Of a DNA stretch of 64,000 nt, positions 31,000-38,147 are shown one piece after another. Made by a program: the position numbers and the translations under genes. A model generated the notes under the pieces. The model made no database searches and was not told where the DNA came from. It saw nothing but the letters and a program-made list of their open reading frames with translations. The number at the start of each line of letters is the position of its first letter. Position 1 is the stretch's first letter. The stretch lies in the NCBI GenBank assembly GCA_946188395.1, contig CAMHUU010000006.1, positions 21,866-85,865 of the forward strand. The letters run 5' to 3'. Origin of the DNA: an uncultured Prevotellaceae bacterium (GTDB taxonomy: Bacteria > Bacteroidota > Bacteroidia > Bacteroidales > Bacteroidaceae).

Positions 31000-33339
31000 T
31001 TATTGCCAGGTGATTTTCTTTCCGTTCCGGATGTATATTCTGCCCGCTTGCGGCGTCGTCACCTTGCGGCCTTGAAGGTCGTAGATGGTGGAGTGTTGAG
31101 TGTGGAGTGTTGAGTGTTGAATGATTTCGATGCCGGTGGCGTCTTCTAATAGCGGGTTGATGGTCAGTGCGCTCGTCGGCATATCGAGTGTCAGCACGCT
31201 GCCGTCGCGCTCTTCGTCCAAAGCTCCCGTCAGTTTCCACCCTTTGATGCGTTTACCCTCCGGAGCCTGACCGCTGATGGTCAGTGCCCTGTTGGCAAAG
31301 AACTTACCGCTGAACGTAGGCTGAGTTAAGTCGACACCATTCACCGTGATGCCCGTGGCGTCCCCTGTGCTGTTGATGTTCAGCACGGTGGGTTTTCCCA
31401 GCGTGTAGTAGTCGGCCAGGTGCTTATAGAATACCGTCGTACGCTGCTTGATCCAGTTGCGCGCATTGTTCAGCTCCTCGCTGTAGTTGGGCCACCACTC
31501 GTTGATGAGCTTGCGGTGGTGCGGATATTCCGTCTTGATCATGTCGTACATGGGGTCCCACACGGCACGTGTACCCTTCTCGTTCAGGAAGTCGCCCATG
31601 TAGATGGCGGCGCGGTCGATGAATTCACGGCTGAAATCGGCATCCTCCATCAGTCGGCGGAACAGCCGCGTGTGCTCGGATTTGTTAGCCCATGCGCGGT
31701 CGGGGTCATAGTTCGGATTATAGATCCATTTGATGGTGTTATAATCCGCGCTGCACCCATACAGGCCCAGTCCGAAGTCGGTGTCCTTGGTAATCCAGCG
31801 CCACTTGCCGTCCTCCGTTCTGGGACGCCAGATGACGTTGTTGTTGCCCGGGAAGTCCAGGTTGCAGTAGTACAGATTCTCAATCATCAGGTTGATGTAC
31901 TCCTTCCAGTCCATCCATTCGGCATATTCTGCCAGCGTGTGGCCGTGATTGTTGTAGAAAGCCTTGAAGGCGATGTATCGGTCCCACGTGCCTTCCTTCA
32001 GTTCGCCGTTCTCAAACATGTCGATATCCTCCAAGCCGTCGTAGTTGGTGTAGATGTTGTCTTCGTTCGAACGCTCGCGGATGTTCAGCATGCCCTTATA
32101 CTGCCCGTTGATGTATATGATGGCGGGACGCCAGGCCTGCCAGTCTAAGTCGACGTGTTGTGCCATCGTACGCTGGATGATGGCGTCGCGCATGTACAGG
32201 TAGTCAAAGTCGTTACCGGCATTGCGCAGCATGATGCTCTTGAAGTCCTTCAGCCCGGGTTTCTGGTCGGGGAAAAACTCGTAGTTCAGGCGCTTCATGC
32301 CAAACCGCTTGTTGGCATAGATAATCAGCGACTTCATTTTCGAACTACGCGTCGCACCGCCGGCAATGCGCATCTCGCCCAGCTGGTTGATGACGCTCTT
32401 CTTTCCGCCTTGCTCAAACAACTCGATATTCATCGGACGGCGCCAGTCGTATTCGTAGTTCTTCTGCTTCGAACTGTAAGTACCGTCTACGTAGATGCCA
32501 ATCTTCTGGTCGTTCAGATAGCGGTTGTCCGTCATAATCGAGATGACGGGCAGTGTCAGCTCGCGCGTCGTGGGGAAGAAGATGTACGAATGACAGGTCG
32601 AGCGCGGCGACACGTAACCGTTGCAGAACAGCTTCGCCCGCACGATCCGCGTCGAGGGGATGTCGATGGGCTTCGTATACAGTATGCTGCTGGCGGTGGG
32701 CTCACTGCCGTTGACGGTATAGCGGATGGTGGTACCCTCGGGCGACCCCTCGGGCACGCTGAGCGCCAGCTCCATGGGCTGGTCGTCGGTGACTACCAAG
32801 CCTTTCTGGCTGAACACCGGTTCGCCGAGAACGCCCAGGCTGAGTGTGCCGTAGTTCTTCACCCCCGGTGTCGGCACCAGCTGGTAGCCCATTTCGCTGC
32901 TGCCGTCGGTTTGGCGACCGTAGGCAATATTCGGCGCAGGCTGCTTTTTGACACTAATCTCGTCGACCACCTCGGTGCCTTTAAACAGGTAGACGCTGCC
33001 CTTGCCCGAGTCTAGGCGGAAGTCGGTGTGCATGCCGTCGCCCACCTTGTCGCAGTACACCACCACGTAGCGCTGGCCCTCCACCGTCTTGAAGGGCAGT
33101 TTCCACGCTTCGTCCGCCCGATTACTCAGCCCAATCCGGTATTCGCCCAGATTCATGCTTGCCGATGTCGGATTATACAGTTCCACCCACGAGTCGGGGA
33201 AATCGTTCAAATCGTCCATCGTGCAGTCAATGTTCGACTGCATCAGCTCGTTAATCACAAGCGTCGTCTGTTCGTCGGCAGCATGCGTCGCAGCTGCTGC
33301 GCCCAGCATTCCGGTGAGGAGTAATACGAGTGATTTCAT
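31000..33339 (-). CDS. CotH-family kinase (lamin-tail + Fn3-like + CotH) with T9SS-type C-terminal tail
   Basis: 'INELMQSN...WVELYNP', 'LRNAGND', 'NLDFPGNN', 'KDTDFGLG', tail 'IYDLQGRKV...GRIYIRNGKK'. Confidence 0.85.
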   Translation of the reverse strand: MKSLVLLLTGMLGAAAATHAADEQTTLVINELMQSNIDCTMDDLNDFPDSWVELYNPTSASMNLGEYRIGLSNRADEAWKLPFKTVEGQRYVVVYCDKVGDGMHTDFRLDSGKGSVYLFKGTEVVDEISVKKQPAPNIAYGRQTDGSSEMGYQLVPTPGVKNYGTLSLGVLGEPVFSQKGLVVTDDQPMELALSVPEGSPEGTTIRYTVNGSEPTASSILYTKPIDIPSTRIVRAKLFCNGYVSPRSTCHSYIFFPTTRELTLPVISIMTDNRYLNDQKIGIYVDGTYSSKQKNYEYDWRRPMNIELFEQGGKKSVINQLGEMRIAGGATRSSKMKSLIIYANKRFGMKRLNYEFFPDQKPGLKDFKSIMLRNAGNDFDYLYMRDAIIQRTMAQHVDLDWQAWRPAIIYINGQYKGMLNIRERSNEDNIYTNYDGLEDIDMFENGELKEGTWDRYIAFKAFYNNHGHTLAEYAEWMDWKEYINLMIENLYYCNLDFPGNNNVIWRPRTEDGKWRWITKDTDFGLGLYGCSADYNTIKWIYNPNYDPDRAWANKSEHTRLFRRLMEDADFSREFIDRAAIYMGDFLNEKGTRAVWDPMYDMIKTEYPHHRKLINEWWPNYSEELNNARNWIKQRTTVFYKHLADYYTLGKPTVLNINSTGDATGITVNGVDLTQPTFSGKFFANRALTISGQAPEGKRIKGWKLTGALDEERDGSVLTLDMPTSALTINPLLEDATGIEIIQHSTLHTQHSTIYDLQGRKVTTPQAGRIYIRNGKKITWQ

Positions 33340-33345
33340 ACGTGT

Positions 33346-35805
33346 TTAGCGCCAAATCAGTTTCTTTCCGTTCTGGATGTATATTCTGCCGGCCTGGGGC
33401 GTAGTCACCTGGTTGCCCATCAGGTCGTAGATGGTGGAGCGTTGAGTGTGGAGTGTGGAGTGTTGAATGATTTCAATGCTGCTGGTAAGCTCGACGACGG
33501 GCTCAATGGTCAGTGCACTCGACGTCATGTCGAGGGTCAGTTCGCTGCCCTTCACCTCTTCGCTCTTGGCACCGCTCAGCTTCCAGCCCTTCACCTCCTG
33601 GCCTTCGGGAGCCGTAGCGCTGATGGTCAGCTGGCGGTTCTTAAAGAAGTATCCGTCGAATGTATTGCCTGTCAGCTTGATGCCGTTTACCGTGATGGCT
33701 ACGTCCTTTTTGCTCTTGTTGATAGTCAGTGCAACGGGTGAGCCAAGCTTCCACTGGCTGCCAATGTGCTGGGCGAAGTATTCCGTGCGTGGCTTATAAG
33801 TGGTCGTTTGACCCCACCAGCCTTGCTCGGTATAGCCGGCTACCCATTTCTTGGCGTCATTGAACTTGTTGGTAATTTCTTCACGGCTGTTTCCTCCCCA
33901 TGTGGGATACTTGCTGCGGTGGGCCACAAACTCATCTAATGCTTCATCCATGATGACATCTATCGTGGCACCTGTTTCCTCAGCGTTCAAAAAGTCACCC
34001 ATGAAGACGCAGCACTTGTCGATAAACATCTTCAAGATGTCCGAATCTTCCAGCATGTTCTTAATCAGTCGGGTAGCAGGCTCTGTGAATGCCCAGGCTT
34101 CACCCTGATGATTCTCGGGATGATACAGCAAGTCGATCATGTTGTAGTCCGATTTCTTGCTGTAGAGTCCCAGTCCGAAGTCAGTATCCTTCACGATGAA
34201 ACGCCAGATTTTGGGAAGACCCGATTTGGTGTCATCATCGTTGGGACGCCAGAAAACGGTGTTGTTGCCAGGCCAGTCGTTATTGCCATAGAAGAGGTTC
34301 ATCACAGCAACATTCAGATATTCGCTGACGTCCATCCACTGCTCGTATTCTGCCAGTGTGTGGCCCTTTTCGCTGTAGAAAGCCTTGAAGGCGTTATAGA
34401 ATTTGTCGTCGCCTTCCTTCTGTTCCTCAATAAACTGATCGACACCGTTAATCTGCTCGTGGCCGATTTCCACCATGTCGATATCCTCCAGACCGCCGTA
34501 GTTGCTGTAGATGTTGTCCTCGTTCGAACGCTCGCGGATGTTCAGCATACCCATATACTCGCCGTTGATGTAAAGCACGGCCGAATGTCCGGCCTGCCAG
34601 TCCAAGTCCACATGGCCCGCCATGGTGCGCTGGATAATCAGGTCGCGGAAGTACAGGTCGCCGAAGTCATTACCGCCGTCGCGCAGCGAGAACGACTTGA
34701 ATTCTGTCACGCCCGGCTTCTGGTCGGGGAAGAACTCATACTGGAAACGCTTGTGGTCCGGGTCGAAGCGCTTGTTGGCGTAGAATACCATCGACTTCAG
34801 CGCATTCGCACGCGATGCACCACCCTGGATGCGCGTCTCGCTGAGCTGATTGAAGACGCTCTCTGCACCCTCACTGGTGAACATTTCGATGTTCACGGGG
34901 CGGCGCCAGTCGTGCGTCTTCTTGTCCTCCTTGCTGTTGTTGTTCGGGAACAGACCAATTGTCTTGTCGTTCAAATATTTGTCGTTGGTTTGTACCGAGA
35001 AGATGGGCAGCGTCATCTTCCGCGGGTGGAAGATGTACGACTGGGCAGTGCTTACCGGCGACAGCCAGCCGTCGCAGAACACCTTGGCGCGCACCACCGT
35101 TGTCTTGCTGATGCTGAGGGCCTTATCGTATTTTTTGCCGTCGGCGGTGGGCTCGCTACCGTTGGTGGTATAGACGATGTATGCTCCCTCGGGGGCACCC
35201 TCCGGCAGCGTCAGCGTCAGCGTGATGGTACCATTGCCCGACGTCACGCGACCCTTCTCGCTGAACACCGGTGCACCCAGTATGTTCTTCGTCGTCTTGC
35301 CGCAGTTAGCTTTGCCGGCTGTCGGTGTCAGCTGGTAGCCCCATTTGTCGGCGCCGTCGGTCACACGGCCGTAGGCCACGTCCGGTGCTGGCATCTTCTT
35401 CAGGGCCTCGGGCAGACTGTCGGCCACCTCCTTGCCCTTAAACAGATACACCTGGCAACCCTTGCCCGACTCCAGACGGAAATCGGCGTGCAGGCGGTTG
35501 TCCTCTTTGCCTTCCTTGTCGCAGTAGATGACGACATATTTCTTCGGCTCCACAGTCTTGTCGGGCAACTGCCAAGCCTTCTTTTCCTTGTTTTTGTTGC
35601 TGATTTTGTAGTCCTTCAGGTTGATGGTCTCGTCCGTGGGGTTATACAGCTCCACCCACGAGTCGGGAAATTCCTTGATGTCGTCCATAATGTTCTCCAC
35701 ATTCGACTGCATCAGTTCGTTAATAATCAGTCCTTTTGCCTCGTCGGCACTCCATCCGAAAGTTGCCTGTGCGGCCACCGTGAATAGTAAGATAATACGT
35801 TTCAT
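33346..35805 (-). CDS. CotH-family kinase paralog with T9SS-type tail
   Basis: Same architecture: 'LRDGGND', 'NNDWPGNN', 'KDTDFGLG', 'IYDLMGNQV...GRIYIQNGKK'. Confidence 0.85.
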   Translation of the reverse strand: MKRIILLFTVAAQATFGWSADEAKGLIINELMQSNVENIMDDIKEFPDSWVELYNPTDETINLKDYKISNKNKEKKAWQLPDKTVEPKKYVVIYCDKEGKEDNRLHADFRLESGKGCQVYLFKGKEVADSLPEALKKMPAPDVAYGRVTDGADKWGYQLTPTAGKANCGKTTKNILGAPVFSEKGRVTSGNGTITLTLTLPEGAPEGAYIVYTTNGSEPTADGKKYDKALSISKTTVVRAKVFCDGWLSPVSTAQSYIFHPRKMTLPIFSVQTNDKYLNDKTIGLFPNNNSKEDKKTHDWRRPVNIEMFTSEGAESVFNQLSETRIQGGASRANALKSMVFYANKRFDPDHKRFQYEFFPDQKPGVTEFKSFSLRDGGNDFGDLYFRDLIIQRTMAGHVDLDWQAGHSAVLYINGEYMGMLNIRERSNEDNIYSNYGGLEDIDMVEIGHEQINGVDQFIEEQKEGDDKFYNAFKAFYSEKGHTLAEYEQWMDVSEYLNVAVMNLFYGNNDWPGNNTVFWRPNDDDTKSGLPKIWRFIVKDTDFGLGLYSKKSDYNMIDLLYHPENHQGEAWAFTEPATRLIKNMLEDSDILKMFIDKCCVFMGDFLNAEETGATIDVIMDEALDEFVAHRSKYPTWGGNSREEITNKFNDAKKWVAGYTEQGWWGQTTTYKPRTEYFAQHIGSQWKLGSPVALTINKSKKDVAITVNGIKLTGNTFDGYFFKNRQLTISATAPEGQEVKGWKLSGAKSEEVKGSELTLDMTSSALTIEPVVELTSSIEIIQHSTLHTQRSTIYDLMGNQVTTPQAGRIYIQNGKKLIWR

Positions 35806-35838
35806 TGTTAAGTTGATTGTTCGTTAATTGAAATTTGG

Positions 35839-35956
35839 GTGCAAAGGTAGTGCAAAACGAGTGAAATGCAAAATAAATTAAGATTTATTTTCATTTCCGA
35901 GTTGCAGCCTACTTTCTCCAAAGGAGAAAGGTACGAATAAGTGAGTGAAAAACAAA
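35839..35956. repeat. REP-like palindromic intergenic module carrying a -7 promoter box
   Basis: Long imperfect hairpin (AAAATAAAT/ATTTATTTT core, TGCAA/TTGCA, GTAG/CTAC). Sub-segments are shared with 9433-9462 (26/30) and 56306-56333 (25/28). Confidence 0.55.
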
Positions 35957-36021
35957 AAATAAGTGTATAAATTACCAATTATTTTTTGGTTTTTTACATT
36001 TTTCGTTGTAATTTTGCCGGC

Positions 36022-36600
36022 ATGGAGACAACAATCATCCTTGTACGTCACGGCGAAACCGTCGACAATGCCCGCCAGATTATGCAGGGACAAACCCAGG
36101 GCGAGCTCAACGAGCGGGGTAGGGAACAGGCCCTTCAGGTGGCCCGTCGCCTGGCCGGTGAATCGCTCGATGCCGTCGTGGCCAGCGACCTGCACCGCGC
36201 CATTCAGACCGCCCGGATCATTGCCGAACCCCATAGTTTGGAGGTCGCCACGACACCCTTGCTGCGCGAACGCGACTGGGGCAGTTTTACCGGACGGTAC
36301 ATTCCCGAACTGAAAGGAGAGGTCTGGCCCGACGATATAGAGTCCGAGGAGGCCCTCCTGCAGCGTGCCCGACAGTTCCTTATACATATTACGACCACCT
36401 ACCCGGGTCAGCGGGTGGTGGCCGTAGGTCATGGAATCATCAATAAAGCCATTCTTGCCGTCTATGCCGGCTGTGCCATGCGTCAGGTGCAGCGTATGAT
36501 GAATGCCGAGGTGCGCGTCTTAACGACGACCGCCGAACGAGCGGCCTCCGCTACTGCTGTGGCTGCTGCCACCACCCCTGCTGCTGCCTCCGCCGAATGA
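36022..36600 (+). CDS. Histidine phosphatase (phosphoglycerate mutase family)
   Basis: 'LVRHGET', 'SDLHRAIQTA', 'LRERDWG', 'VGHG'. ATG 36022 follows a TAatTTTG box. Confidence 0.9.
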   Translation: METTIILVRHGETVDNARQIMQGQTQGELNERGREQALQVARRLAGESLDAVVASDLHRAIQTARIIAEPHSLEVATTPLLRERDWGSFTGRYIPELKGEVWPDDIESEEALLQRARQFLIHITTTYPGQRVVAVGHGIINKAILAVYAGCAMRQVQRMMNAEVRVLTTTAERAASATAVAAATTPAAASAE

Positions 36601-37608
36601 TCCGCTGCTGCGCGTGCTGCTGCCGCTGCTGAACGAACCTCCGCTACGGCTGCTGCTGCCGCTGCTGAACGAACCACTGCTACGGCTGTAGCTGCTTCCA
36701 CTGTTATACGAACTGCTGCTGCTATGCGACGGACGGCTGTCCGAAGCCGACGGGCGCTGCATCGTCATGCCGCTGCTGCTCGAATTCCTGCGCTCGTAGC
36801 TGTGGCTGCTGCGACTCATGGTCGAGCTGCTGCCGCTGCCGCTGTGGCCGAAGCTGCGTCCACCATTGTCGCTGCGTCCGTAGTTGCCGCCGCTGTTGTT
36901 GCCGCGATTGCCGTTGTCGCCGCGTCCATAGTTGCCGCCGCTGTTGCCGCGGTCACGGCTGCTGCCACCTCCGGTATGTCCGAACGAGCGGTCGTTATTC
37001 ACAGTAGTGCGTGTCGACGAATGGCGATGTCCGCCGTAGTTGCTGTTCTGCGGATGGCTCGAGCGGTGCGTGCCACGATAGTCGCCGCGGTTCCAGCGGT
37101 CCAGCATGCCGAAGTGGCTGTGTCCTGCCGGGCGGTAGTGGTCACGGCGCGAGTGGTAGTAACCGTGTCCGCCGACATGGTGCCAGGCATGACCGCCGCG
37201 ATAGCTGGCATAGAACACCGGACGCCCGAAGTAGAAGTAGTCGCGGTGCGGATAGCGGGCATAGATGCCGAAATGCCAGTAGCCCCCGTCCCAATACAGC
37301 GGACGGTAGAAATACGTGGCGTTAATGAAAGCCTGCCACTGCCAGTCCAGCAGAATATAGCTCATGTCCAGGTTGCGGCGCTCCCAGTACGTGCTGTACA
37401 CGTCGTCGTAGCTCGTCACACCCATCAAGTAGTCGAGGTTGATTTCGTAGGCTGCCTCGTATTGTGCGTCAGTCAGGTTCAGTTCGTAGGCCATCTTGTC
37501 CGTCAGGAACAAAGCCTCGTTCCGTGCCTGCTCGTAGCTCATTGCCTTGCCCGTTGCTGCTATCGTCAGCAATGCTACCAGGGTCATCATCATCTTCTTC
37601 ATATTCAT
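36520..37608 (-). CDS. Secreted protein with conserved N domain and disordered Ser/Gly/Arg-rich tail
   Basis: Signal peptide, 'EALFLTDKMAYELNL', aromatic-rich middle, GGS/SSG repeats. Confidence 0.8.
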   Translation of the reverse strand: MNMKKMMMTLVALLTIAATGKAMSYEQARNEALFLTDKMAYELNLTDAQYEAAYEINLDYLMGVTSYDDVYSTYWERRNLDMSYILLDWQWQAFINATYFYRPLYWDGGYWHFGIYARYPHRDYFYFGRPVFYASYRGGHAWHHVGGHGYYHSRRDHYRPAGHSHFGMLDRWNRGDYRGTHRSSHPQNSNYGGHRHSSTRTTVNNDRSFGHTGGGSSRDRGNSGGNYGRGDNGNRGNNSGGNYGRSDNGGRSFGHSGSGSSSTMSRSSHSYERRNSSSSGMTMQRPSASDSRPSHSSSSSYNSGSSYSRSSGSFSSGSSSRSGGSFSSGSSTRSSGSFGGGSSRGGGSSHSSSGGRSFGGRR

Positions 37609-37686
37609 CTCATTTTTTTATTGTTCAACAATCGGTTTCTTAACTTTTCACCGGCAAAAGTACGAACATTTCTGAACAATAAAAAA

Positions 37687-37717
37687 GGATTTCCCCTAAA
37701 CTCACCGGGGGAAATCC
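37687..37717. promoter_or_regulatory. Palindromic putative transcription-factor site
   Basis: GGATTTCCCC-11 nt-GGGGAAATCC, just upstream of the minus-strand -7 box at 37655-37662. Confidence 0.4.
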
Positions 37718-37836
37718 CTATTGTTGCATCTTTCCACTCTCCACTCACCCTTGTATCACGGATTGTACTTTGATACACTGATTCTTTTCGTTGTTCGAAA
37801 TATTTTCTGCATTCCTTTTGGCGGTTTCCTGAAAAT

Positions 37837-37890
37837 GCAGCAAAAAGCGCTAATCGCGATAAAATCCTGATTTATGAGAGAGCCAGTTAG
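37837..37890 (+). pseudogene. 3' remnant of an MNT (minimal nucleotidyltransferase) antitoxin gene
   Basis: Reads AAKSANRDKILIYERAS*, like MNT C-termini, and overlaps the HEPN start. No upstream gene body is visible. Confidence 0.55.
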
Positions 37891-38020
37891 AGACAAGGGA
37901 CGTTTGGAACATATGCTTGATGCCATAGACCGGGTGTTAAGTTATATGGAGGGAAAGTCGTTTGACGACCTATCCAAAGACAAGATAGAGTATTATGGCA
38001 TCGTCAAGTGCATCAAATGA
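37874..38020 (+). pseudogene. Truncated HepT-like (DUF86/HEPN) toxin, N-terminal 48 aa
   Basis: MREPVRDKGRLEHMLDAIDRVLSYMEGKSFDDLSKDKIEYYGIVKCIK*. It stops where DUF86 proteins continue 'EIIGEA', and has no Rx4-6H motif. Confidence 0.7.
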
Positions 38021-38029
38021 TTAAACAAC

Positions 38030-38141
38030 AAAAATCGTGCTACTGGTGCTACTGAGGAGTGTAACCGATTGAATGTTAGTAAAATAGTTGGTGCAGGATA
38101 GTAGGAAATCGAGCTACTATCCTGCACTGATGGTGCTACTG
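38030..38141 (+). repeat. Left 112-bp inverted repeat with perfect 14-bp hairpin (38091-38127)
   Basis: Ungapped 81/112 match to the reverse complement of 40625-40736. Stem GTGCAGGATAGTAG/CTACTATCCTGCAC. Confidence 0.9.
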
Positions 38142-38147
38142 ATTGCG

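Noticed and set aside
31000-35805. Diversity-generating retroelement template/variable repeat pair in the CotH tails
   Set aside because: Differences are not adenine-specific, no reverse transcriptase is in the window, and paralogy explains the similarity.
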